From contig NZ_LN831039.1 of the NCBI RefSeq assembly GCF_001457595.1, positions 6,120,001 through 6,152,000 of the forward strand: a stretch of 32,000 nucleotides of DNA, given 5' to 3'. The stretch comes from Mycolicibacterium smegmatis. Its GTDB lineage: Bacteria > Actinomycetota > Actinomycetes > Mycobacteriales > Mycobacteriaceae. The notes under the pieces were generated by a model, which was given only the letters and a program-made list of their open reading frames with translations, was not told the origin of the DNA and did no database searches. Shown here piece by piece: positions 9,106-17,386 of the stretch (its first letter is position 1; every line of letters begins with the position of its first letter). Position numbers and translations under genes: made by a program.

Positions 9106-9891
9106 GTGCCGTCGACAGTCGATCTCAACGCAGACCTGGGTGAGAGCTTCGGCGTGTGGCAGCTCGGTGACGACGAGGCGATGCTCGGTCTCGTCACGAG
9201 TGCCAACGTGGCGTGCGGATTCCACGCGGGTGATCCTGCGTTGCTGCTGCGGACCTGCCGCACCGCGGCGCAGCGCGGTGTGGCGATCGGCGCACAGGTG
9301 AGTTACCGGGATCTGGCAGGGTTCGGCCGGCGCTTCATCGAGGTGGATCCAACGGACCTGGAAGCCGAGATCATCTATCAGATCGGTGCGCTGCAGGCCA
9401 TCGCACACGTCGCCGGGTCAGGTGTCGGATACGTCAAACCCCATGGCGCGCTGTACAACACGATCGTCGGCCACGAAGAACAGGCCGCCGCGGTGGCCGC
9501 CGCGGTGCACGCCGTCGACCCGGCCCTGCCGGTGCTGGGCCTGCCCGGATCGGCGTTTTTCGCCGAAGCACGACGCCTCGGGTTGCGCACGGTGTCCGAA
9601 GCGTTCGCCGACCGGGCGTACCGGTCCGACGGAACACTGGTGTCCCGGCGCGAACCGGGTGCGGTGCTGCACGATCCACACGAGATCGCCGAGCGTGTGG
9701 CGGCCATGGTGACCGACGGACGCGTCACGGCGGTCGACGGGACGGTCATCGACATCACCGTGGAATCTGTGTGCGTACACGGCGATTCACCCGGCGCGGT
9801 GCGGATCGCCAAGGCCGTGCGCGAGCGCCTTGAGGCCGAGCCGGTCGAGCTGGCCTCGTTCACCGGGGCGCGGTCCGAAACCGGCCGGTGA
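9106..9891 (+). CDS. pxpA: LamB/YcsF family protein (5-oxoprolinase subunit A, PxpA-like)
   Basis: 261 aa. The N-terminus [12 protein letters not shown]...[18 protein letters not shown] is the family signature. GTG start. No pxpB/pxpC partners are adjacent. Confidence 0.8.
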   Translation: MPSTVDLNADLGESFGVWQLGDDEAMLGLVTSANVACGFHAGDPALLLRTCRTAAQRGVAIGAQVSYRDLAGFGRRFIEVDPTDLEAEIIYQIGALQAIAHVAGSGVGYVKPHGALYNTIVGHEEQAAAVAAAVHAVDPALPVLGLPGSAFFAEARRLGLRTVSEAFADRAYRSDGTLVSRREPGAVLHDPHEIAERVAAMVTDGRVTAVDGTVIDITVESVCVHGDSPGAVRIAKAVRERLEAEPVELASFTGARSETGR

Positions 9892-9905
9892 CGTACCGGA
9901 GGAGT

Positions 9906-10292
9906 TCAGTTACGTCGAGCCGCCCTGGTCAGGTTGACATCGGCGCGCAGCCGCGGCGACAGCGTCTGGCTGTGCCATGACCCGTCGGTGATCCAATCGC
10001 ACGCGGCCCGAAGGTCACTTTCGGTCGCGACGGGGCCGATCCACTTCGCCGGACCAATTGGCCTTCGGTCCGCGGTGCACGGTTGCAGCATCAGGATCAC
10101 CCCGTGTTCGCGGCGGCGCGTCGCACACGTCAGCCCGCCGAGCAGGCAGCGGGTGACCACCAAGACGCCATGAGGGCAATCGCCGATCACCCCCGCCAAG
10201 GTCGGGACCAACGAGGAGACCGCAGAGGTGGTGCAGCCCGTGCAGACCGCCACGGTGAAAGGCCGGGCGGTCGGACACCCATCCGGTTTCAC
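9906..10292 (-). CDS. Cys-rich hypothetical protein (8 Cys in 128 aa; possibly thioredoxin-like ferredoxin or metal-binding fold)
   Basis: GTG start preceded by CAGGAGGG. Contains CTGC plus six further Cys. Divergent from mspD across a region with Zur-like boxes. I do not recognise a family with confidence. Confidence 0.55.
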   Translation of the reverse strand: MKPDGCPTARPFTVAVCTGCTTSAVSSLVPTLAGVIGDCPHGVLVVTRCLLGGLTCATRRREHGVILMLQPCTADRRPIGPAKWIGPVATESDLRAACDWITDGSWHSQTLSPRLRADVNLTRAARRN

Positions 10293-10375
10293 AAACCCTC
10301 CTGATCGGTGCGACGGAACGCGCTGTCGTCGCAGCCGGTCGAGACGAGCACCACCGGCGTACGCATCGCACCCCT

Positions 10376-10396
10376 AATCGGTAACGGTTTTCAACA
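10376..10396. promoter_or_regulatory. Degenerate Zur-box-like element (box C')
   Basis: AATCGGTAACGGTTTTCAACA resembles the right half of boxes B and E (TAATCGTTTTCAA). It lies ~85 nt upstream of the Cys-rich gene. Confidence 0.35.
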
Positions 10397-10428
10397 GGCG
10401 GGTCTCACGCTACAGTGCTGCGGAGCCC

Positions 10429-10451
10429 TTGTCGAAAACGATTTTCAATAA
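10429..10451. promoter_or_regulatory. Zur box (box C) upstream of mspD
   Basis: TTGTCGAAAACGATTTTCAATAA. Its reverse complement TTATTGAAAATCGTTTTCGACAA is nearly identical to box A. It lies ~105 nt upstream of the mspD start. Confidence 0.65.
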
Positions 10452-10556
10452 GTCGGCCGACCGAGGTCCTGTGACACCACCGATCCCGCTGTCCCCCAAG
10501 AGGAACCACCGAAGTGTGCGTTCCGCCCATCCTCCCGAAAGGACATCAACCCAATC

Positions 10557-11180
10557 GTGCGCTACCTCGTCATGATGTTCGCTCTACTCGTGTCCGTGAC
10601 GCTTGTGAGCCCCCGCCCTGCCAACGCGGTGGACAATCAGCTCAGCGTGGTCGACGGCCAAGGTCGCACGCTGACCGTGCAGCAAGCCGAGACATTCCTC
10701 AACGGCGTGTTCCCTCTCGACCGGAACCGACTGACCCGTGAGTGGTTTCACTCCGGCCGCGCCACCTACCATGTGGCCGGCCCAGGTGCCGACGAATTCG
10801 AGGGCACGCTCGAACTCGGGTATCAGGTCGGCTTCCCGTGGTCATTGGGCGTCGGCATCAACTTCTCGTACACGACCCCGAACATCCTCATCGACGGAGG
10901 CGACATCACCCAGCCGCCGTTCGGCCTGGACACCATCATCACCCCCAACCTCTTCCCCGGCGTGTCCATCAGTGCCGACCTCGGCAACGGTCCCGGTATC
11001 CAGGAGGTCGCCACCTTCTCGGTGGACGTGAAGGGCGCGAAAGGAGCGGTCGCCGTATCCAATGCGCATGGCACCGTGACCGGCGCGGCCGGCGGCGTGC
11101 TCCTGCGTCCGTTCGCCCGGTTGATCGCCTCGACGGGCGACAGCGTCACCACCTACGGCGAGCCCTGGAACATGAACTAG
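10557..11180 (+). CDS. mspD: MspD porin (Msp-family octameric outer-membrane porin)
   Basis: 207 aa. The mature part is near-identical to MspA (…LTVQQ..TFLNGVFPLDRNRLTREWFHSGRA.Y.VAGPGADEFEGTLELGYQ.GFPWSLGVGINFSYTTPNILID…TTYGEPWNMN) but carries roughly 18 substitutions, the pattern I remember for MspD rather than MspB or MspC. Confidence 0.9.
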   Translation: MRYLVMMFALLVSVTLVSPRPANAVDNQLSVVDGQGRTLTVQQAETFLNGVFPLDRNRLTREWFHSGRATYHVAGPGADEFEGTLELGYQVGFPWSLGVGINFSYTTPNILIDGGDITQPPFGLDTIITPNLFPGVSISADLGNGPGIQEVATFSVDVKGAKGAVAVSNAHGTVTGAAGGVLLRPFARLIASTGDSVTTYGEPWNMN

Positions 11181-11190
11181 GTCAAGCGAA

Positions 11191-11219
11191 TCGGCCGCCA
11201 CGGGAATGCCGGCGGCCGA
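11191..11219. terminator. Possible hairpin between the convergent mspD and ctpC-like genes
   Basis: TCGGCCGCC / GGCGGCCGA forms a 9-bp stem with an 11-nt loop. There is no clear U-tract. Confidence 0.3.
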
Positions 11220-11284
11220 CATGGTGAACGCGCCGGTGGGCGGTACGACGACGTGTTGCACACCGGCAGCGTTCGCCGAACGCC

Positions 11285-13423
11285 CTAGTCGATTTCGTAC
11301 CGGATCAGCCGGGCGCTGTTGGCCACCACCGCAACCGACGACGCATTGTGCAATACGGCGGCAAGAACCGGCGACAACGCGCCCCCGGCGCCGACGGCGA
11401 GACCGATGGCGTTGACCGCGATGGACATCGCATAGTTCTGCTGTATGACGTCAACCGCGCGGGCGCCGAGATCCCGTACGTCGAGCAGCCGTCGCAGATC
11501 GTCACTGGCGAGCGCGACGTCGGCGGTCTCGACGGCAACGTCGGTGCCGCCCAATCCCATAGCGATACCGATGTCGGCGGCAGCGAGCGCGGGCGCATCG
11601 TTGACGCCATCACCGATCACCGCCACGGTGTGCCCTTCGGCGTGCAGCCGGCGCACCACCGCGAGTTTGTCCTCCGGCAGCACCTCCGCACGCCACTCGG
11701 TGATACCCAGTTCATCGGCCACGGCGGCCGCGGCGTCCGGATGATCCCCGGTGAGCATCACCATGCGGCGCACGCCGGCCGTGCGCAGTGCGCGCAGGAC
11801 TTCGGCGGCCTCGGGCCTCACCTCGTCGCGGAGGCTGATCAGGCCGACGAGCTTTCCGTCAACCGCCAGCAGCAGCGGCGTTTCCGCGCGCTTGCGGAGC
11901 TTGTCGACCCATGCCGCGGCCCGACTGGTGACACGCACCTTCTCCTGACGCAAGAGCGACGGACTGCCGAGAAGCAACGTTCGCCCGTCCGCCCTGGTCC
12001 GCATGCCCAACCCCACGAGCACCTCGCACTCTTCGTGCGGGGGTATCACGATGTGGCGCTCCCGTGTGGAACGGATCACGGCCTCGGCCAGCGGATGACG
12101 AGCATGGATCTCCGAGCTGGCGGCGTATGCCAGCACCTGCTCGGGTTCCCAGTCCTTGTGGAACGCAACCACATTGGTGACGATCGGCCGTCCCAGGGTG
12201 AGGGTCCCGGTCTTGTCGAACACCATCGCGTCGACCCGGCCCGCCTGCTCCAGGTGCGAACCGCCCTTGATCAGGATGCCGCGCCGGGCGCCGTTGCCGA
12301 TCGCGGCGCTGATCACCGTCGGAGTGGCGAGTCCCACCGCACACGGGCATGCCACCAGAAGCATGGTCATCGCGCGCCGCACGTCTCGCGTCACCACGAG
12401 GGTCGCGGCCGAGAGCAGGAACGAGGCGGGGACAAAACGCCGTGAGAAGTTCTCGCCGACCGTCTGGATGGGCGCGCGATGCTGCTGCGCTTCCTCGACC
12501 CGGGTGATGATGCGACCTATGGTGGTGTGGCTCCCCACCGCTTCCGCGGTGACGACCAATCGTCCGCGGACGACCACCGAACCGGCGTACACCTTGCTAC
12601 CCGGCCCGACCGCGACGGGAAGGTTCTCCCCGGTGATCGCCGACTGATCGACGATCGCCTCACCGTCGCACACCACGCCGTCGACCACGATCGCAACCTG
12701 CTCGTGTATCACGACCTGGTCACCGACGCGCACCCCGTCCACGGCGACCTCGATCTCGGTTCGGTCCGCGAGCCGCAGCCAGACGGTGTCCTGCGTGCCC
12801 TGGAGCAGATTGGCGATCGCCCGGCGAGTGCGCCGCAACGTCAGGTCCTGGAGGTACTCGCCAATGTTGAGCAGCCACAGAACCGTAAGGGCCACCACGT
12901 TTTCGCGCAGCACCAGACTCGCGACCGTGGCCGCCGACACCAGCACATCCGTTCCAGCGGAACGGTTGCCGGTGAGAGTTCGTAACGCACCCCGCAGGAA
13001 CGGGTAGCCGGTGATTATCGTCGCTCCCGTTGCCAAGGTGCGGCTGGTCGACCCCAAGAGCGGCGGCCGGGCAAATCCGTAGCGACGAATCCCCAAGAGA
13101 ATCAACGCCACAGCGCCGATCGCCATACGAACGATGTCGGCGTTGTGCACGTCGGCGGATCGGGGGCTACGACCGGGCACCAGGTGCCGGGCCACCCCCG
13201 CTGCCGCTGTCATGGCCGACCGCACCGCGTCACGGTCGCAGCGCCTGGGCGAGTACCACACCACCACGGATCCTGTTCGCGGATAGGCGTGTACGGCGCG
13301 AACGCCCGGCACCTGGTCGACGGCCTGTTCGATGGCGACCGCGCGCACGGCGTCCCCGCGGAACCACGGCGCGTGTACGCGCATGCGGCCGGCCGCGTCG
13401 GATACGACCGTCAGATCAGCCAC
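11285..13423 (-). CDS. ctpC: P1B-type heavy-metal-translocating ATPase, CtpC-like (Zn/Mn efflux type)
   Basis: 712 aa with TGE, the CPC transmembrane metal site (VACPCAVGLATP), DKTGTLT, HP (ARHPLAEA) and GDGVNDAPAL. The N-terminal HMA-like domain lacks CxxC, as in M. tuberculosis CtpC. It is preceded by a pacL-type gene. Confidence 0.85.
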   Translation of the reverse strand: MADLTVVSDAAGRMRVHAPWFRGDAVRAVAIEQAVDQVPGVRAVHAYPRTGSVVVWYSPRRCDRDAVRSAMTAAAGVARHLVPGRSPRSADVHNADIVRMAIGAVALILLGIRRYGFARPPLLGSTSRTLATGATIITGYPFLRGALRTLTGNRSAGTDVLVSAATVASLVLRENVVALTVLWLLNIGEYLQDLTLRRTRRAIANLLQGTQDTVWLRLADRTEIEVAVDGVRVGDQVVIHEQVAIVVDGVVCDGEAIVDQSAITGENLPVAVGPGSKVYAGSVVVRGRLVVTAEAVGSHTTIGRIITRVEEAQQHRAPIQTVGENFSRRFVPASFLLSAATLVVTRDVRRAMTMLLVACPCAVGLATPTVISAAIGNGARRGILIKGGSHLEQAGRVDAMVFDKTGTLTLGRPIVTNVVAFHKDWEPEQVLAYAASSEIHARHPLAEAVIRSTRERHIVIPPHEECEVLVGLGMRTRADGRTLLLGSPSLLRQEKVRVTSRAAAWVDKLRKRAETPLLLAVDGKLVGLISLRDEVRPEAAEVLRALRTAGVRRMVMLTGDHPDAAAAVADELGITEWRAEVLPEDKLAVVRRLHAEGHTVAVIGDGVNDAPALAAADIGIAMGLGGTDVAVETADVALASDDLRRLLDVRDLGARAVDVIQQNYAMSIAVNAIGLAVGAGGALSPVLAAVLHNASSVAVVANSARLIRYEID

Positions 13424-13439
13424 GGTACTCAGTGGTCAC

Positions 13440-13724
13440 TCAGTGGTCGTGGTCGTGGCCGGCGTCGCCCGCGGCGGGCGGCGGCACTTCCTCACCTATG
13501 CGTTCGCGCGCCTCTGCCATCACATCGGCGACCTTCAGTCGCGCCGACTCGGCTCCCACCTCGGCTTTTCGCGCTCCCCGCAGAGCCAACGCGGTCGTCG
13601 CCACGGCCGCTTCACGAACCGGCGCCTTGGCGACCGCCTTACGCAGCCCCTCGTAGGCCGCGACGCCGACAGCCCCGGTGACCACTGTCGTTGCTGCCTT
13701 GACCAGAAGTCCATGCCACACCAT
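13440..13724 (-). CDS. pacL: PacL-type (DUF1490) small membrane-anchored metallochaperone/scaffold with a C-terminal DAGHDHDH metal motif
   Basis: 94 aa with an N-terminal hydrophobic helix and Ala/Glu-rich helices. The C-terminus GHDHDH resembles the DLHDHDH tail of M. tuberculosis PacL1 (Rv3269). It lies immediately upstream of the ctpC-like gene. Confidence 0.75.
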   Translation of the reverse strand: MVWHGLLVKAATTVVTGAVGVAAYEGLRKAVAKAPVREAAVATTALALRGARKAEVGAESARLKVADVMAEARERIGEEVPPPAAGDAGHDHDH

Positions 13725-13751
13725 CGGCCAAGCCTATCGCGAGTTAGTGGA

Positions 13752-13773
13752 AATGATAGTCATTGTTGACTAT
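13752..13773. promoter_or_regulatory. Two overlapping dyads (operator candidate; degenerate Zur box or another metalloregulator site) between pacL-ctpC and the PF03773 permease operon
   Basis: AATGA-TAG-TCATT (13752..13764) overlaps ATAGTCA-TTGT-TGACTAT (13756..13773, perfect 7+7). This is an AT-rich island. ATGATAGTCATTGTTGACT matches box B at about 12 of 19 positions in my manual alignment. Confidence 0.5.
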
Positions 13774-13802
13774 TGCGGAGTTCACAACATCGGCCTGGCA
13801 TC

Positions 13803-14837
13803 ATGGCCGCCGTGGCCATGAACCTGGCGGTGGCTCGTTGGCGGCCGAACTCCATGCAGGTGCTCGTGTTCGGCATCGTCGGCCTGGCGCTCGCCGGAAC
13901 CACGCTCCGCGCGTTCGTGGCGGACACGCCGGACGTCGCCACCGCGGCCACGGTGTTCTGCGGGGTGTTCGTCCAGGCCCTGCCGTTTCTGGCGCTCGGC
14001 GTGGTGATCAGCGGGCTCATCGCGGTGTTGGTCACGCCCGACCGGCTCGCGCGCTGGTTGCCACGGCGCACGAGCGCCGCGATCGTGGTGGCCGGTGTCG
14101 GCGGGGCGGCGTTGCCCGGGTGCGAGTGCGGGTCGGTGCCGGTGGCACGCAGGCTCTTCGGGGACGGCGCCGGCGCGGGCACTGACAAGGGCACTGGCAA
14201 GGGGCATGTGGGTGCCGCCGCATTGACGTTCATGCTTGCGGCCCCCGCGATCAACCCCGTGGTGTTGGTCGCGACCGCGGTCGCATTTCCCGAGCACCCC
14301 CAGATGGTCGCGGCGCGCTGTGCGGCGTCACTGCTCACCGCGATCATCATGGGTGCGGCGTGGGCCCGGTTCGGCAATCCGGCGTGGATCACGCACCGCC
14401 TCACCCGGCCGGACCACAGCGCGGGGTCGCGCTGGGCCGCGTTCACCGAGGCAGCACGGCACGATTTCCTCTCGGCATGCTCGTATCTCGTCGTCGGCGC
14501 GGCCGCGGCCGCCGCACTGCACGTACTGGTCCCGCCCTGGGTGTACGAGCATGTCGCGGGCCAGATCGCGCTCGGAGTCATCACGATGGCGGTGCTGGCG
14601 GTCGTGCTGGCGCTGTGTTCGGAGGCCGACGCCTTCGTCGCGGCCAGCCTGACCATGCTGCCGCTGCTGCCGCGCCTGGTGTTCCTGGTCGTCGGGCCCG
14701 CGGTCGACATCAAGCTGTTCGCCATGCAAGCCGGGATGTTCGGCCGCGCGTTCGCGATCCGTTTCGCTCCTGCCACATTCGCGGTGGCCACACTGGTCGC
14801 CACGGTTGTCGGACTGCTCATCCTGGGGCCACGGTGA
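13803..14837 (+). CDS. PF03773/COG0701 (UPF0718, ArsP/YcgR-like) permease
   Basis: Polytopic membrane protein with the family-typical vicinal-Cys motif LPGCECGSVPVARRL. The start is uncertain (ATG 13803 preferred; TTG 13773 in the track). Confidence 0.75.
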   Translation: MAAVAMNLAVARWRPNSMQVLVFGIVGLALAGTTLRAFVADTPDVATAATVFCGVFVQALPFLALGVVISGLIAVLVTPDRLARWLPRRTSAAIVVAGVGGAALPGCECGSVPVARRLFGDGAGAGTDKGTGKGHVGAAALTFMLAAPAINPVVLVATAVAFPEHPQMVAARCAASLLTAIIMGAAWARFGNPAWITHRLTRPDHSAGSRWAAFTEAARHDFLSACSYLVVGAAAAAALHVLVPPWVYEHVAGQIALGVITMAVLAVVLALCSEADAFVAASLTMLPLLPRLVFLVVGPAVDIKLFAMQAGMFGRAFAIRFAPATFAVATLVATVVGLLILGPR

Positions 14838-15550
14838 GCCGCGAGAGCGAGAACGCGCTGCTGCTCTTGATCGGGGTGAGCACCGCGATCATCACGGTCA
14901 CCGGGTCCTACACCCGATACGTCAAACCGTCGCTGCTGCCCTACCTGGCCGCGACCGCGGGTCTGCTCATCGCACTGGCGCTGGTTGCGATCGTGCGCGA
15001 TATCCGCCGTGGCGGCCATCACGACGATGATTCCGACAACCAGGACCACTCGCATCGACGCGGCGTCGCGTGGTTGCTGCTCATCCCCATCGTCCTGCTG
15101 GCGTTCGTGGCGCCGCCTGCTATCCGTCCCGACGCCGCGTCGGTGACCGAGGTCGCCAACGACAGCGTGCGCAGGCCGTTCCCGCCGCTGCCGGAAGGTC
15201 ATGCCCCGGAGATCTCCCTGCCGGACGTACTGATCCGCATCGCACAGGACTCCGCCGCAACCCTCGACGGTCGAACGATCACCGTCACGGGTTTCACCAT
15301 GCGCGACGGTGACCACATCGACCTCGCCCGCATCGTCATCATCTGCTGTGCGGCCGACGCCCAGCTCGCCCGCATCCGGCTGGCCGGCCCCGCGGCCGCA
15401 CAGGCGGTGACCTACCCCGAGAACTCCTGGATCAAAGTCGAGGGCACAGTCGCTGCGGCGCAGGACGCTTCGACACGACGCACGATCCCCACCATGACAG
15501 CCGCGCGCCTGTCCCGCATCGACCCGCCGCCACACCCCTACGCGTACTGA
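14834..15550 (+). CDS. TIGR03943/YcgQ-like two-TM protein, partner of the PF03773 permease
   Basis: 238 aa from GTG 14834, which overlaps the permease stop (GTGA). Two TM helices flank the loop GGHHDDDSDNQDHSH. The C-terminal soluble domain carries IICCAADAQ. The 5' 158 codons of track ORF 14360..15550 overlap the permease and are discarded. Confidence 0.7.
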   Translation: MSRESENALLLLIGVSTAIITVTGSYTRYVKPSLLPYLAATAGLLIALALVAIVRDIRRGGHHDDDSDNQDHSHRRGVAWLLLIPIVLLAFVAPPAIRPDAASVTEVANDSVRRPFPPLPEGHAPEISLPDVLIRIAQDSAATLDGRTITVTGFTMRDGDHIDLARIVIICCAADAQLARIRLAGPAAAQAVTYPENSWIKVEGTVAAAQDASTRRTIPTMTAARLSRIDPPPHPYAY

Positions 15551-15563
15551 GCGGCACCGATGC

Positions 15564-16355
15564 TCACCGCGGAGCCGCCTGTCCGGGTACCACCGTGATC
15601 TGAGGAACCCCCGCGGTATCGCCGATCGTGGCGTCAACCCCGTAGACCTCCGCGAGCAGCTCGACGGTCAGGACCTCACGCGGGGCACCGACGGCGACCA
15701 CCTGCCCGCGATCGAGCACGCAGATGCGGTCGCAATAGGCGGCGGCGAGATTGAGGTCGTGCAGCGCCGCGATGACCGTCGATCCGGTGGCACGCAGAAG
15801 GCGCAGCGTGTCGTGTTGATGACGCAGATCCAGATGATTCGTCGGCTCGTCCAACACGATGACATCGGTGTGTTGTGCCAGTGACCGCGCGATCAGCACA
15901 CGTTGCTTCTGCCCACCCGAGAGCCTGCCGAACGGCGCGTGAGCCAGATCGGCGATGTCGAGCGCCGCCAGTGCCGAGGCGATGATCTCGCGGTCGGTGG
16001 CGTTGTCGGATTCGAACGAGCGTTTGTACGGCGTGCGGCCCATGGCCACGATGTCGTACACGGTGAGCTCGAAATCCGTCGTCATCTCCTGAAGTACCGC
16101 CGCGACCCGCTGTGCGGCCCGCTTACGTGGCAGCTTCCACAGATCGGCACCGTCGATCAGCACATTGCCTGCCGTGGGGCGTTGCGCGCGGTAGATGGTG
16201 CGCAGAAGAGTCGTCTTCCCGGCCCCGTTCGGGCCGACGACCGCGACCATCTCACCCGGCGCGACACGCAGCGAGACACCGTCGACGACGGGTCGGTTGC
16301 GGCGCGTCGTCGACATCACCACCGAGATCCGGTGCAGCCGCACCTCCGCCGTCAT
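15564..16355 (-). CDS. ABC transporter ATP-binding protein, FepC/BtuD type
   Basis: 263 aa from ATG 16355 (ATGA overlap with the permease stop). Walker A GPNGAGKTT, signature LSGGQKQR, Walker B IVLDEP. Confidence 0.9.
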   Translation of the reverse strand: MTAEVRLHRISVVMSTTRRNRPVVDGVSLRVAPGEMVAVVGPNGAGKTTLLRTIYRAQRPTAGNVLIDGADLWKLPRKRAAQRVAAVLQEMTTDFELTVYDIVAMGRTPYKRSFESDNATDREIIASALAALDIADLAHAPFGRLSGGQKQRVLIARSLAQHTDVIVLDEPTNHLDLRHQHDTLRLLRATGSTVIAALHDLNLAAAYCDRICVLDRGQVVAVGAPREVLTVELLAEVYGVDATIGDTAGVPQITVVPGQAAPR

Positions 16356-17386
16356 GCCGGTGCCCTCCGTCGCATCAACCACAGGAAGAACGGTCCGCCC
16401 ACGAGCGCGGTGAGCACACCCACAGGCAGTTCCTCGGGAGCGCCGACGGTTCTGGCCGCGATGTCGCACACCACCAGGAACGCCGCACCCAGCAACGCCA
16501 CCGCGGGCAGCGCGCGCCGGTGATCCGCGCCGACAAGGAATCTCACCGCGTGCGGCATGATCAGGCCGACGAAGCCGATCGACCCGCTGACCGCGACCAT
16601 CGCACCGACCATGAGGGCCACCACCACGAACATCGCCGCGCGGAAACGATGGACATCCAGTCCGAGCGAGGCCGCGGCCTCCTCCCCGGTGTAGAGCAGG
16701 TTCAGCGGCCTGGTCACCGCGAGCAGGACCACGACGCCGATCAACACCACCACGGCCGGAATCCACACCGCGCGCCAGGTCGCGCCGCCGAGACCGCCCA
16801 GCATCCACCGCAACGCGGCCTGTGCCTTGTGCGGGTCGTCGGAGGTGACGATCAGCAGGCTCGCCACCGCGGAGAGCACCTCGGCGACCGCGACGCCGGC
16901 CAGGATTAGCCGCACCGTGGTCATCCGTCCGCCGGAACGCGCAAGGAAGTACACCGCGACCAGTGCCGCGAGCGCACCGACGAACGCGGCAACCGGCAGC
17001 GTGACCAGTTGCCGCACACCGGCCCCCGCGACCAGTACGGCGACCGCCCCGACCGTCGCGCCCGAGGACACGCCGAGCAGCATCGGATCGGCGAGCGGAT
17101 TGCGCACGACGGCCTGCAGAACCATCCCGCACGCAGCCAATCCGGCGCCCACGACCGCCGCGAGCACCACCCGCGGCAGGCGTGCGTCCAGCACGATCGA
17201 GGTGCGTACCGCGGGCCAGGTCTGCTCGGCCAGTGCCGGATGGATGCCGTTCAACACGATCTGCCACACCTGCCGCGGCGCGATCGGCACCGATCCGATC
17301 GCCACACCCGCGGTCATCACGAGCAGCAGGAGCACCACCAACGCGCCCACCACCAGGGCGTAGGGCAGCCGCGACCGGACCGTCAC
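16352..17386 (-). CDS. FecCD/BtuC-family ABC permease
   Basis: 344 aa, polytopic. The C-terminal VGVLTALVGGPFFLWLMRRR is typical of the FecCD family. The GTG start directly abuts the TAG of the upstream binding-protein gene. Confidence 0.9.
   Translation of the reverse strand: MTVRSRLPYALVVGALVVLLLLVMTAGVAIGSVPIAPRQVWQIVLNGIHPALAEQTWPAVRTSIVLDARLPRVVLAAVVGAGLAACGMVLQAVVRNPLADPMLLGVSSGATVGAVAVLVAGAGVRQLVTLPVAAFVGALAALVAVYFLARSGGRMTTVRLILAGVAVAEVLSAVASLLIVTSDDPHKAQAALRWMLGGLGGATWRAVWIPAVVVLIGVVVLLAVTRPLNLLYTGEEAAASLGLDVHRFRAAMFVVVALMVGAMVAVSGSIGFVGLIMPHAVRFLVGADHRRALPAVALLGAAFLVVCDIAARTVGAPEELPVGVLTALVGGPFFLWLMRRRAPA

Noticed and set aside
9106-9891. Solitary pxpA (LamB/YcsF) without pxpB/pxpC as part of a novel system
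   Set aside because: Orphan LamB/YcsF genes are common, and nothing in the sequence context (no operator, no coupling) ties it to the neighbouring genes.
11348-12445. 365-aa plus-strand ORF
   Set aside because: It is antisense to the ctpC-like P-type ATPase, which has all the canonical motifs. It is a shadow ORF.
13760-15637. 625-aa minus-strand ORF
   Set aside because: It is antisense to the PF03773 permease and TIGR03943 genes and is low-complexity, rich in Arg, Ala, Thr and Ser. The plus-strand genes have clear membrane topology and family motifs.
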